A stretch of DNA of 64,000 nt from an uncultured delta proteobacterium (GTDB lineage: Bacteria > Desulfobacterota > Binatia > Binatales > Binataceae): assembly GCA_963724765.1 (NCBI GenBank), contig CAVRVY010000003.1:416001-480000 (forward strand), given 5' to 3'. Below the pieces are notes generated by a model. The model was not told where the DNA came from and ran no database searches. It saw only the letters and a list, made by a program, of their open reading frames with translations. The translations under genes were made by a program, and so were the position numbers. Shown piece after piece: positions 39,860-50,597 of the stretch (position 1 is the first letter of the stretch; every line of letters starts with the position of its first letter).

Positions 39860-42800
39860 TCAGATCGTCGCCGCCGCGCCCGCCCGCTCAAGCCGCTCGG
39901 GCAAGCCTGCGGCCTCATCGATAAGCTTCCTGGTGCGGAAGATCGTCTCTTCAATTTGCGGTCCCTGAGCGCTCATCTGCACACCCTCGCATAGCGCCCC
40001 GAAGCCGGCCGCGCCGAGCGTGAGCGAGGAACCCTTGAGTGCATGCGCCAACTTACGAATCGCTTCGATATCGCGAGTGGCGACCGCCGACTGAAGCGCC
40101 ACGACCCCTGCTGACAGTTCCGCGCGATATACTTCAACCATTTCCAGAAACAAGTCATCGGCCGGCCCGCTCGAAAGAGAACGCAGTTCCCTGATCGTCG
40201 ATAAATCGAAAGCGTCCGCCTCACGGCAATCGTGCTGAGGGCGATCGTGAGGTTCGGCCGCCGGCGGCGGCGCGGCCGCCGCCATCGCGGCGACAGGTTT
40301 GCCCGCGGATTCGCCGAACGCCCATCGATCCAGCATCGTGGCGAGCGGCAGTAACTTGACCGGCTTGGCGAGAAAGTCGTCCATGCCGGACGCCAGACAG
40401 CGCGCGCGCATGCTCGCCATCGCATGGGCGGTCATCGCGATTATGGTCGCGCGATGGCCGGATTTTTCTCGCCCTCTGATTTCGGCGGTGGCCGTATAAC
40501 CGTCCATACCCGGCATTTCGCAGTCCATCAGAATGATGTCGTGGTGCCTGAGCGCAACGGCCGCGAGTGCGCCATAGCCGTCGTTGGCGACCTCCGCCGT
40601 ATAGCCGAGCCTTTCCAACTGGGTCCTGGCGAGCGAGGAATTAACTAAATTGTCGTCGACCACCAGTACGCTGACGGCTTTGCGCGCGGCCGAGTTGTCT
40701 TCCCCGACCGTCGCGGACTTACCTTGCGCAACCGCTTGATTGGGGGCCGGCTGATTACCCTGCAAGAGCGCCATCAGGCAGTTGAGCAAGTGCGACAATC
40801 TGATCGGCTTGGAGATGGTGGCGTCCGCGCCGCCCGCACCAGGAGCCATCGCACCCGGGGCCAACGGACCAATTGCGAGTACCTTGATCCCGGCCAGCGC
40901 AGGGTCGCGCTTGATTGCATCGATCAGGGTCGGGCCGCCGACCTCGGCCAGTGTCGCGTCAACCAATGCCAGATGAAACGGCTCCCCTCTCGCCGTGGCC
41001 GCGCGCAGTTCCTTCAGTGCGCTGGCCGCAGTGTTCATCGACATATTGGAAATGCCCCACAGGGTAAGGTACTCGGATAGCGTCCGGCGATTGGTCGCGC
41101 TGGGCGTGACAACGATCGCACGCATCCCGGCAAAGCTGTCCTCTCCCAGTATCAGTTTGGTTGTGCCGGCCTGCGCGCTGTCGCGTTCCAGGCGTGCGGT
41201 GAAATGGAAGGTCGATCCCTTGGCCGATTCGCTCTCGAACCCAATCTCCCCGCCCATCTGTTTGACCAGGCTGGCGGCGATCACCAGGCCCAGGCCGGTG
41301 CCGCCGTATTTGCGCGCGGTCGAACTATCGGCCTGCACAAACGGCTGGAACAGCCGCCCCTGGACTTCGCGCGGAATCCCGATTCCGCTATCGCGCACCT
41401 CAAAGGAGAACAGCAGATCGTTATCGATCTCCTGCAGCTTCGCCACCGAAAGCGACACTTCGCCGTGGTGGGTGAATTTGACCGCATTGGAGAGCAGGTT
41501 GTTGAGAATCTGCCGCAGGCGGTTCGGATCGCCGCGCAGGTTTCCGGTTATCCCAGGGGCCACGAAAAGCGCTAGCTCGATCCCCTTGTGGGCGGCGGTC
41601 GCGACGAAGTCGTGGATGGTCTCCTCCACCAGATGGTCAAGCGAGAAACTGACCTCTTCGAGCACGACCTTCCCCGCGGCAAGCTTCGAGAAGTCGAGGA
41701 TGTCTTTGACGATGGTGAGTAGGAGCTCGCCGCTGGAACGGATCTGGTCCGCCTGCTGGTGCTGCACGGGCGAAAGATCGGATAGCAGCAGAAGTTCCGT
41801 CAGTCCGATGATCGCGTTGAGCGGGGTGCGCACCTCGTGGCTCATGCTGGTGAGAAATTCGGACCTCACGCGAACCGCCTCGAGCGCGAGATCGCGCGCC
41901 GCCTGCATCTCGGCCTGAGCGAGCTTGCCCTGGGTATTGTCGTGATAGGCGACCGCGAAGCCCGTCACCCGGCCCTCGGTGGGGCGAATGCCGCCCGCTG
42001 TCACCACAACCTCGATTACCGCGCCATCCTTGCGCATCCGCCTGGCCTCGGCGGTCTGCGTAGCGCGGCGATTTTGGCCCTTGGCCCCAAGGTCAATCAG
42101 CCGCGGTTCGCCCGCCGGCACCAGCAAGCCAGCCGACCTGCCAACGATCTCGGCGGCGGTGTAGCCGAAGAGCCGCTCCGCACCCGGATTCCAGCTAGTG
42201 ACGATGCCGTCATTAGTGATGGTCATCATGCCCTCGGGAACCGACTGAAAAATCGAACTGACCAGACTGGTTTGTTCGAGCAGAGCGGCGGTCCGCTCGG
42301 CCACCCGTTGCTCCAAAGTCGCGTTGAGCCTTTGCAGGTTCTCGCGACTGGACGCCAGATCCTCGGCGTTTTTGCTCGCGCGTACGGAAAGCCTGGTTGC
42401 GTGAAACCCGATAATCAACAACCAAAAGATCACCGCGCCACCGGTCACCGTCGCGGTCACGCTTCGCCTGTAGGCCATGCGCGCTACCTCGCTCCGCTGC
42501 GCCATGACCCGGTCTTCCTCAGCCGTCATCTCGTGCAGTCCCCGCGCCACATGCTCGAACCCGCTACGGAGCTCAGCCCCTTCGGGCTCTGCCGTGACTT
42601 GCGCGAGGCTACGAGTCAGGGCCAACTGCCTAATCTGCCGGCCTTCAATAACCAGCCGGTCGATTGTCCGGTCGACTTCGTCGACCAACCGCTGCTCCGC
42701 CGGATTGTCGCTGGTGAGCGTCCGCAGCGCGGCGGCCTGCTGTTGCAACCCGGAAAGATCGCGCAGGAGGCCGTCCAGCCGCTTTGAATCTCCACTGCGG

Positions 42801-43063
42801 TAGTAGTCCTGCGTGGCAGTGGCGCCGGAGAAAGTATCCGCTCTGGTCACTTCCAGCACGTCGAGCACGTTCTGCGTATGGGTTATCCAATCGCTTCGCT
42901 CGGCAAGAGCGTCCAGATCGCCGAACGCGGTCCATATAACGACCACGGCCGCGACCAGCGCCGCGGCGAAGCCGAACCAGATTAGTCTGGTGCTATCGCC
43001 GAGGGGGGGCAGCCATCCCGTAACGGCGGAGCGTATCTTTGCTGTGCTTCGCGGCTCGGCCAT
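39860..43063 (-). CDS. Hybrid sensor histidine kinase (CHASE3-PAS-HisKA-HATPase-REC-REC-Hpt)
   Basis: LTSDNP.EQ (CHASE3), SWNPGAERLFGY (PAS), MSHEVRTPLN, NAVKFT, DSGIG, GGTGLGL, LMDCEMP and AHALKGSS. Confidence 0.93.
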   Translation of the reverse strand: MAEPRSTAKIRSAVTGWLPPLGDSTRLIWFGFAAALVAAVVVIWTAFGDLDALAERSDWITHTQNVLDVLEVTRADTFSGATATQDYYRSGDSKRLDGLLRDLSGLQQQAAALRTLTSDNPAEQRLVDEVDRTIDRLVIEGRQIRQLALTRSLAQVTAEPEGAELRSGFEHVARGLHEMTAEEDRVMAQRSEVARMAYRRSVTATVTGGAVIFWLLIIGFHATRLSVRASKNAEDLASSRENLQRLNATLEQRVAERTAALLEQTSLVSSIFQSVPEGMMTITNDGIVTSWNPGAERLFGYTAAEIVGRSAGLLVPAGEPRLIDLGAKGQNRRATQTAEARRMRKDGAVIEVVVTAGGIRPTEGRVTGFAVAYHDNTQGKLAQAEMQAARDLALEAVRVRSEFLTSMSHEVRTPLNAIIGLTELLLLSDLSPVQHQQADQIRSSGELLLTIVKDILDFSKLAAGKVVLEEVSFSLDHLVEETIHDFVATAAHKGIELALFVAPGITGNLRGDPNRLRQILNNLLSNAVKFTHHGEVSLSVAKLQEIDNDLLFSFEVRDSGIGIPREVQGRLFQPFVQADSSTARKYGGTGLGLVIAASLVKQMGGEIGFESESAKGSTFHFTARLERDSAQAGTTKLILGEDSFAGMRAIVVTPSATNRRTLSEYLTLWGISNMSMNTAASALKELRAATARGEPFHLALVDATLAEVGGPTLIDAIKRDPALAGIKVLAIGPLAPGAMAPGAGGADATISKPIRLSHLLNCLMALLQGNQPAPNQAVAQGKSATVGEDNSAARKAVSVLVVDDNLVNSSLARTQLERLGYTAEVANDGYGALAAVALRHHDIILMDCEMPGMDGYTATAEIRGREKSGHRATIIAMTAHAMASMRARCLASGMDDFLAKPVKLLPLATMLDRWAFGESAGKPVAAMAAAAPPPAAEPHDRPQHDCREADAFDLSTIRELRSLSSGPADDLFLEMVEVYRAELSAGVVALQSAVATRDIEAIRKLAHALKGSSLTLGAAGFGALCEGVQMSAQGPQIEETIFRTRKLIDEAAGLPERLERAGAAATI

Positions 43064-43408
43064 TTGGCTTCTTATCCGAGCAAGCCATGTGCCACGCGAT
43101 CGTTGGATTTGGGTTTCGCCAATATGGGCTTACAGAAACCAATTCGCGGAGAAATATTCCCGCCGCAGTCGAGCGCGGTCGCTTGGTGTCCCGCGTTCGA
43201 TACAGACGCCTCGCCAATTTCTCGCCGCAGTGGCTCAATCAAGAAAAAGCCGTTGGCTCAAGTCAAATGAAAATGTGTGGCTCTCTCTCAACACGACGTG
43301 GGTTTATGGCCTCCGCGCTCGTTCTTCATCCCATAAAAGAAGCCGAAACCGCGCCGGCCTGCGGTCGTATTCCCAAATTAGCTGGAGTAACCTCTGGCGA
43401 GGCGCTCG

Positions 43409-45074
43409 ATGCTTAAAGTCGGCAACATGCCGCAAGACAAACGCGCGCTCCACGCGCTCAACCGGCTGGCCTTTGGGCCGGCGCCAGGTGACCTCGAGCG
43501 CGTCAATCAGATCGGCGTCGACCGCTACATCCGCGAACAACTCAGTCCCGAATCGATCCCCGTTGCGCCTGACCTCACGCAACGCGTCGAGGCTCTCAGG
43601 ACGCTGCACATGACGCCGGTCGAGCTGTTCGTGACTTTCCAGCTTCCCGTGCAACAAGCCAAGGGTGACACGGACGCGCAAAAAAGCGGCGCGCCGGCGC
43701 TCGCAGGTGATTCTCCAGGAGGCGGTCGAGGGGCGGTTGATGCGCGCGATCTATGGACCACGCCAGTTGCAGGAGGTGATGACCGCCTTCTGGTTCAACC
43801 ATTTCAACGTCTTCGCCGGCAAGGGCCTGTGCCACCTGTGGATCGGCGCGTACGAGCAGGAGGCGATCCGGCCGCACACGATGGGCCGCTTTCGCACGCT
43901 GCTCGGCGCCACCGCCAAGCATCCCGCGATGCTCTTCTATCTCGACAACTGGCAGAACAGCGCGCCCAACAGCACGGCCAAGCGCGGCAAATTCGAGGGC
44001 ATTAACGAGAACTACGCGCGCGAGGTGATGGAACTGCACACGCTCGGAGTCAACGGCGGCTACACGCAGGCTGACGTAACCGCGCTCGCGCATATCCTTA
44101 CCGGATGGGGCCTGCAAAAGCGCGGGCAGGCCGGGATGGGGATGGGCGCCCCGGCAATGGGCAATCCGGGGATGAACCCGCTGGGAATGAGACGGATGGG
44201 TGGATGGAGGCCCCCGTGGCGGCCGGGCCGAGCGCCGTTGCCCGGCGCCGAGGGCGACCAGTACGGCTTTTATTTCGACCCGAGCCGCCACGACTTCAGC
44301 GACCAGGTCTTTCTTGGCCGCACCTATGGCGGCGGCGCGGGAATCGCCGCGGGCGAGCAGGCGTTCGACGTCCTGGCGCGCGCGCCGGCCACCGCGCGGC
44401 ACCTGAGCTATCAGCTCGCGCAATACTTTGTGGCGGATAATCCTCCACAGGCGTTAGTGGCGCGGATGGCCGAGCGCTTCGAGCAGAGCCAGGGCGACAT
44501 CCGCGCGACGCTGGAGACGCTCTTCTTCAGCCCCGAGTTCTGGGACGAGCGCTACTTCGGGGCCAAGTTCAAAACTCCATACGACTACGTCATCTCGGCC
44601 GTGCGCGTGACCGGCGCGCCGGAGATCACCAACTACCGCCCGCTGTTCGGCACGATGACCCTGCTCGGGATGGCGCCGTATGGGCACGAGACGCCCGATG
44701 GCTATGCGAACACGCGCGAGGCGTGGCTCAATCCCGACGCGATGATGACGCGGCTCAGTTTCGCCACCGCGCTCGGCCAGGGCCATCTGCCGCTGCTCGC
44801 ACCGCCGTTCGAGGCGGGTGGCCGCGGCGGTCCGGGGTTTCGCGTGAAGTTCAAAAATGGCGGCGGCCCCGGCGCGAAGATGTACGAGTTGAGCCCGCCC
44901 GACAACAGCGCTCAGCGCAACAAGGGTGTTCAGATGGACCCGCCGGAGCCGGCGCAACTGGTCGCGTCGCTCGGCGGCAATTTCTCGGCCAACACGCGCG
45001 AGGCGATCGAAGCCGCGCCGGTGCAGTTGCGCTCCGCGCTCGTCCTCGGAAGCCCGGAGTTCATGGCGCGCTAG
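43409..45074 (+). pseudogene. DUF1800-family protein interrupted by a frameshift at an A6 run (43680-43685)
   Basis: N-terminal HALNRLAFGP is in one frame and FWFNHFNV, YLDN, NENYAREVMELHTLG in another. Removing one A joins them as DAQKAARRRSQV. Confidence 0.75.
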
Positions 45075-45167
45075 CGAGCGGCGGAGTTAGGAAAAATGGG
45101 GCGCAAACGCGAAGACCACCGATGCTGTGATCCGCGACCTTGTGACCCGCAATGCGGTGAGGAGGGC

Positions 45168-46433
45168 ATGCGGCGCGAGCGCGGCGTGACGCTTGACCGG
45201 CGCGCGTTCCTGCGACGCGCCGCGATACTCGGCGGAGCGGGCGTCGTGATGCTCAGTCCGACCGCGTGGGCCGCGCGCGCGCTCGGCGGCGATTCAAGCC
45301 GCAAGCGGCTGGTGGTGGTGTTCATGCGCGGCGCAGTCGACGGGCTTAACGTGGTGGTCCCATACGGCGAGCCGAATTACTACGACTCGCGCCCGACGCT
45401 CGCGATCGCGCGCACGGGCGGCGATGGCGCGATGGTCGACCTCGACGGGTTCTTCGGGCTCCATCCCGCGCTGGCCACAATCGAGCCGCAATGGCGCGAC
45501 GGCACGCTCGCCTTCGTTCACGCCTGCGGGTCGCCCGACCCCACGCGCTCACACTTCGACGCCCAGGATTACATGGAAAGCGGCACGCCGGGCGTGAAAA
45601 GCACCAGCGACGGATGGATGAACCGAGTGCTCGCGGTGATGCCCGGCCACGCCTCGCCGACCGAGGCGTTGAGCCTGGGCGCCAACGTCCCGCGCATCCT
45701 GTCGGGCCGGATGCCGGTCGCCAATATCGCGCTGGGGCGCGGGGCGGCGCGCCCGCTACCGCTGGACCGGCCGGTCGTCGAGACCGCCTTTGACCGGATG
45801 TACCGCGGCAGCGACGCGCTCAGCCACGCCTATCAGGAAGGGCGCACGGCGCGGGCCCAGTTGATGACCGAGCTCGAACAGGACATGACCGAGGCCGACA
45901 ACGGCGCGCCATCGCCCAAAGGATTCTCCGACGACACCGGCCGCCTCGCCCATCTGATCGCGCGCGACCCGAGCATCCGGCTCGCCTTTCTCGCGCTCGG
46001 CGGATGGGACACGCACGTCAATCAGGGCTCGTCCAAGGGCCAGCTTGCGAACCATCTGCAACCGCTCGGCGCGGGGCTCGCGAGTTTCGCCACCGCCCTT
46101 GGGCCGCACTACCAGGACACGGTCATCCTGGTCATCTCGGAGTTCGGACGCACCGTGCGCCAGAACGGCAACGGCGGCACCGACCATGGCCATGGCAACG
46201 TGATGTGGGTGATGGGCGGTCCGGTGCGCGGGCGCAAGGTGTACGGCGCATGGCCGGGGCTCTCGACCCAGCAGCTTTACCAGGAGCGCGACTTGGCGGT
46301 GACGACGGATTTCCGCGAGCCGATCGCGACCGTGCTGCGGGGCCACATGGGACTTGGCGACACACAGATCGACCGCGTCTTTCCGAACCGCCCGCGCTCC
46401 ACCGGCCACACCGCGAGTTTGATCGCGGTATGA
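45168..46433 (+). CDS. DUF1501-family protein, Tat-exported
   Basis: DRRAFL twin-arginine signal, RGAVDGLN, RSHFDAQ, GGWDTH, SEFGRT and GTDHG. Confidence 0.9.
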   Translation: MRRERGVTLDRRAFLRRAAILGGAGVVMLSPTAWAARALGGDSSRKRLVVVFMRGAVDGLNVVVPYGEPNYYDSRPTLAIARTGGDGAMVDLDGFFGLHPALATIEPQWRDGTLAFVHACGSPDPTRSHFDAQDYMESGTPGVKSTSDGWMNRVLAVMPGHASPTEALSLGANVPRILSGRMPVANIALGRGAARPLPLDRPVVETAFDRMYRGSDALSHAYQEGRTARAQLMTELEQDMTEADNGAPSPKGFSDDTGRLAHLIARDPSIRLAFLALGGWDTHVNQGSSKGQLANHLQPLGAGLASFATALGPHYQDTVILVISEFGRTVRQNGNGGTDHGHGNVMWVMGGPVRGRKVYGAWPGLSTQQLYQERDLAVTTDFREPIATVLRGHMGLGDTQIDRVFPNRPRSTGHTASLIAV

Positions 46434-46505
46434 TCGAGATCTGACCCGCGCTGAATGTTCGTGAACCGCCCTCTTCTCAGGACAAACCCAAAAATACCCG
46501 CCGCG

Positions 46506-47465
46506 TCATCGTGAGGCGCTGGCGCTGGCCGGGCGATACGAGACCAGTTCCTGGCTCTTGAAATCTGGATCGGTGGTTTCGCATTTGGCCAGCGCGTTCA
46601 CCTCCGGCGCGTACCAGCAGGTCATCTGCATGTTGGAGAGCCCGGTCCGGTACACGATTTTGAGCTTGAGCGCGTTCAACGTTCCGGCCGGCACCGTCAC
46701 CTGCTCCCAACCGATCGCCTGGCCGTGCGTGTTGCCCCAGATCCGGCCTTGTTCGGTCTTTAACAGCCAGTCCTTCGACCATTTCTTGCCGGCCCACAGC
46801 GGAAACTTGAACGTACCGAGGTCGGGATCGAACGAGCCGATCAGCGTGCCGACGTGCCCGGAGATGAGGTTGCCGTCGAGCGTGTAAGTGTTCTGATGGC
46901 CGAACCAGTTGACGACCATCCGGTTGCCCGCGATTCTCACCACCTCGATCTTACCGTCGGTATCGTTGAGCCGGGAGACCCAGGTATCGCCGACTTCAAG
47001 TTTAGGCGCCGGGATTTCGCGATGCTCCGGGTTGGGCCGGTCGACGACGACCACCTCCTTGTGGCGGCAGAACGTACACGGCCCCGTCACTTCGACCGCC
47101 TCGGCCGTCACGATGAAATCGCTGCCGTCGGCGCTTGCACCCGTGGCGACATGAGTGATCGCGTCGACCCGATCCTGGTACTGGCCAATCGCCAGGCTGC
47201 GCAATTTCTCGTTGATGTGTTCGGTCTCGATCGCGGCGCCTGAGAACGGCTCGCTGTACTTTATCTCGCCGAGCGTCTGATGAGGCTCGGACAGATCTCC
47301 GGTCATCACCATGACCTGCGAGCGGTTAAGAGTCACCGTCTCTTGATGAATCATCTCCTGGCGGTTGCGCTCTTGCTGGGCGCATCCCTGCGCCGCCGCC
47401 ATCGCGAGCATTGCCGTCGCGAGCATCAGCAGGGCTCGCCGCGCCTTTGAACTCCCGCTTCGCAC
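46506..47465 (-). CDS. Two-domain putative lipoprotein
   Basis: Signal peptide with AQGC lipobox-like site, CTFC motif and C-terminal beta domain with VGDTW, VTVPAG and WYAP. Confidence 0.7.
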   Translation of the reverse strand: MRSGSSKARRALLMLATAMLAMAAAQGCAQQERNRQEMIHQETVTLNRSQVMVMTGDLSEPHQTLGEIKYSEPFSGAAIETEHINEKLRSLAIGQYQDRVDAITHVATGASADGSDFIVTAEAVEVTGPCTFCRHKEVVVVDRPNPEHREIPAPKLEVGDTWVSRLNDTDGKIEVVRIAGNRMVVNWFGHQNTYTLDGNLISGHVGTLIGSFDPDLGTFKFPLWAGKKWSKDWLLKTEQGRIWGNTHGQAIGWEQVTVPAGTLNALKLKIVYRTGLSNMQMTCWYAPEVNALAKCETTDPDFKSQELVSYRPASASASR

Positions 47466-48104
47466 GCGTAACAGCGTACCACGCCAATGCCCGCCGGGAG
47501 CAAGGCGCGCTCGCGCAACCTATGAAACAAGCCGGTGGCGAGGGCTACAACAATTCGATCGGTGAGAATTCATCCGATGATGCTGACCAAGAGGCTCGTC
47601 GATTTGGACAATATTGAGCGGTTTGAGCATGTCGGGATTGTTAACAGGAGCGGCATGAGGCTGACGATCGTTGTGCAGTAGCCGGGTGTAACCGCGAGAC
47701 CGGCATCTTCGTACTGATGATCGGCTGATGAACCGGATCGATAGTCTCCTGCCCAAGGCGGGGCCGGGGTCGTCCCCCCCACCCGGCCCCGCCTCCCTCT
47801 CACTGCGCAAGAGGGCCGCGCCATTCGCTAACCTATTTGACTTTTCGTGAAACGGATTCCGCGTTGGGAGGAATTTCGCTTAACCAAAGAGGCGAACAAA
47901 GGAATTTCCACGCCCCCTCCGGTAGCGGAAAAAAGTCGGGAGTCCGGCTCGGGCGAGATTCCCGGCCATCTCTGGACGGGCAGAGTGAGCGCTACCTAAT
48001 CGACTCTTACAACCTTGGACTCTTACAATCGGAGTCCTACAACCTGGAGTCTTAGAGGCGCGTTCCTGGCGAGGCGGGCTGGGCGGCGAGCGCGTCGCCG
48101 GATA

Positions 48105-48914
48105 TTACTGGTCGCCTCCGAGCTTCTGCATTTGCTGGTCGACCTCGCGCATCTTGGTGAGCCGCTGGTCGGTCGGTATCAAGCGCGAGTCGCGCTGAGC
48201 CGTCTGCTGCTCGCTGTGCACGGTGGGCAGTTCGCCGTCGATCTTTTCCAGCGACTCCTGTGCCAGCTTGCGCACCATCGGGTTCTTGTCGTTGGTGACG
48301 GTCCGGACCAGGGTGTCGGTTGCGTGCGGGTCGCCGATCTCGCCCAGCGCGAAGACCGCGGTGCCGCGGGCCGCGTCATTCGGAGCTTCCTTGAGGTAGC
48401 CGACGATCGGCAACGTGCCGCGCGAATCGCCGATCCGTCCGAGCGCGGCCACGATATGGAGCTTCACCACCTGCTGCGTCTCGCGCAGGAACAACTGCTG
48501 CGTCATCAGGGGCACCGCTATCGTCGCTTGCTGGGCGCCCAGGATGTCGATCGCGCGAATCTTGACCCGGATATCGGGATCGGTCAGCCCCTCGATCAGT
48601 ATTTCCTGGGCCTTCGGTTCGGTAACGTCGCGCAGCTTGTCGAGCGCCTCGGCGCGCACGCGCGGATCGGCGTCGGCCATCCCCTTCTTGGCGTCCTGCT
48701 CGAGCTGGTCGGGGGATTTTTCCTCCTGCCCCTTCTGGCCGCCTCCCTGCATCATCCGGCCCATCATATTGCCGGCGCCACCCGGAGAGCTTAAGCCGCC
48801 GAATTGCGCGAGCGCGGTCACCGGCGGCATCGCCAGCGCCAACAGCAGGCCCCCAGAGAAAATCAGGCTAGCTTTTGACAATTTCCATGTCCTCGACGGT
48901 TGCGGCAAAATCAT
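48105..48914 (-). CDS. Secreted HEAT-repeat protein
   Basis: Signal peptide and repeated D.DP.VR..A...L units. Start uncertain. Confidence 0.8.
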   Translation of the reverse strand: MILPQPSRTWKLSKASLIFSGGLLLALAMPPVTALAQFGGLSSPGGAGNMMGRMMQGGGQKGQEEKSPDQLEQDAKKGMADADPRVRAEALDKLRDVTEPKAQEILIEGLTDPDIRVKIRAIDILGAQQATIAVPLMTQQLFLRETQQVVKLHIVAALGRIGDSRGTLPIVGYLKEAPNDAARGTAVFALGEIGDPHATDTLVRTVTNDKNPMVRKLAQESLEKIDGELPTVHSEQQTAQRDSRLIPTDQRLTKMREVDQQMQKLGGDQ

Positions 48915-48922
48915 CGATGAAA

Positions 48923-49858
48923 ATGGCTTCCATTGCAAGCGTAGGATTACGGCCGCTTAGAGCGATCGTCGCCGCGATCGTCATAAGCGTCTGTGCGGCG
49001 GTCATCACGGGGGTGAGCGGAGCGGCGCCAGGCGGGTCGTTACGCGAGGCCGGCTCGGCCGCCGGGCATTCGGACTCGGCCGACCCTGCGGTGGTATCCG
49101 TACGCCGACTCCCCGACGGCATCAGGGTTCCCAGGTATTCGCCCGGCCCGATGCCGTTCCATCCGGGCCAGGAACTCTTCTACCAGGCCTCGTGGATTGG
49201 AATCCCGGCCGCAGGCGGCAAGGTCGTTTTGCATCCTCGCGAAGGTGCCAGCGCACTGCTGAGCGCGGAGATCTGGATCAGCACCAATCGCCTGACCGAC
49301 AAATTGTACCGGATGCGCGATTACCTCTGCGAAGATTTCACCACCTCGCTCAAGCCGACCGAGATGAACATCCGTCAGAACGAGGGCCGCCGCCACGACA
49401 CCTTCAACGTTACCTTCGATCATCGCGACCACGTGGTCACGCTGGTCAAGCATGGTCCGCGTGGCGCGCAGACCCGCAAGTTCCTCTCCTACAATCCTTC
49501 CGGGCCGGTGTCGGGCGCGATGATGGCGCTGTCGCAGCCGCTTGAGGCGGGTGATTCGCTGAGCTTCGACGCCTTCAGCGGCACCACGCGCTACATCTTC
49601 GAGCTAAAGGTGATTCGGCGCGAGCGTATCGGCACGCCGCTCGGCGAATTCGACGCTTTCAGGATCGTGCCCTCGGTCACTTACTTAAGCGACGGGAAGA
49701 TCAACGACGAGGTGCATGACACAACGCTATGGGTGTCGGCCGACGCGCGCCGCCTGCCGTTGCGGGTCGAGTCGGCGGTCTTCATCGGGAGCGTCAGGAT
49801 CGACCTAGTCAAGGTGATCGACCCCGCCAGTGCCACGCAACAACAGGCCAAGCGATGA
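48923..49858 (+). CDS. DUF3108-like exported beta-rich protein
   Basis: PF.PG.EL.Y..SW.GI.A, RE.I.TP.GEF.A and LW.SAD..RLP.R. Start uncertain. Confidence 0.75.
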   Translation: MASIASVGLRPLRAIVAAIVISVCAAVITGVSGAAPGGSLREAGSAAGHSDSADPAVVSVRRLPDGIRVPRYSPGPMPFHPGQELFYQASWIGIPAAGGKVVLHPREGASALLSAEIWISTNRLTDKLYRMRDYLCEDFTTSLKPTEMNIRQNEGRRHDTFNVTFDHRDHVVTLVKHGPRGAQTRKFLSYNPSGPVSGAMMALSQPLEAGDSLSFDAFSGTTRYIFELKVIRRERIGTPLGEFDAFRIVPSVTYLSDGKINDEVHDTTLWVSADARRLPLRVESAVFIGSVRIDLVKVIDPASATQQQAKR

Positions 49859-49944
49859 GCGCGATAGTTTGGGAACACGCGGGCGCTTTGCTAATGCATA
49901 GGAATCCCGAGGCAAGGGCCAGTGAAAAAGTGAAAAGTTGAAAA

Positions 49945-50544
49945 ATGGCTAAGAAACTCGAATTTTTCTACGATTGCTCCAGCCCCTGGACGTACCTGGC
50001 TTTCAGCCGGATCGAAGACGTCGCGCGCCGCCACGGCGCCGACCTGATATGGCGGCCCATCCTGGTCGGCGGCGTCTTCAACGCCGTCAATCCCTCGGTG
50101 TACGAGGGCCGCGAGCATCCGGTCAAGCCGAAGGTGCGCTACTACGACAAGGACCTGCAGGACTGGGCGCGCCTTTACGGGCTCAAGATCGGCCATCCCA
50201 CGGTCTTCCCGGTGAACTCGGTGAAGGCGATGCGCGGGGCGTTCGTCGCGATCGAGCACCACAAAGTTTCGCCATACTCGCGCGCGGTCTTCGCGGCGTA
50301 TTGGGGCGAGGACCGCGACGTGAGCCGCGACGAGGTCCTGCGCGACATCGTGCGCGCGGCCGATCTCGACCCCGACGAGTTTTTCAAAAAGATCGGCGCG
50401 CCCGAATACAAGGACAAGCTGCGCGTCAACACCGAGGAGTTGATCGCGCGCGGCGGCTTCGGGTCGCCCACGATGTTCGTCGATGGCGAGATGTTCTTCG
50501 GCAACGACCGCCTGGTGCTGGTCGAGGATCGGCTCTCGCATTAG
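49945..50544 (+). CDS. 2-hydroxychromene-2-carboxylate isomerase / kappa-GST (DsbA family)
   Basis: FFYDCSSPWTYL, WRPIL.GG, FP.NS, G.FGSPT and FGNDR. Confidence 0.9.
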   Translation: MAKKLEFFYDCSSPWTYLAFSRIEDVARRHGADLIWRPILVGGVFNAVNPSVYEGREHPVKPKVRYYDKDLQDWARLYGLKIGHPTVFPVNSVKAMRGAFVAIEHHKVSPYSRAVFAAYWGEDRDVSRDEVLRDIVRAADLDPDEFFKKIGAPEYKDKLRVNTEELIARGGFGSPTMFVDGEMFFGNDRLVLVEDRLSH

Positions 50545-50597
50545 CGCGTGCGGCTGGTGGTCGGACGGACATAACGCGCCGTTCGTTTGTGATACCG

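Noticed and set aside
43268-43416. Twin-arginine-like STRRGFM peptide upstream of DUF1800 as a lost signal peptide
   Set aside because: Out of frame with the gene and lacks a proper hydrophobic region, so it would need a second frameshift
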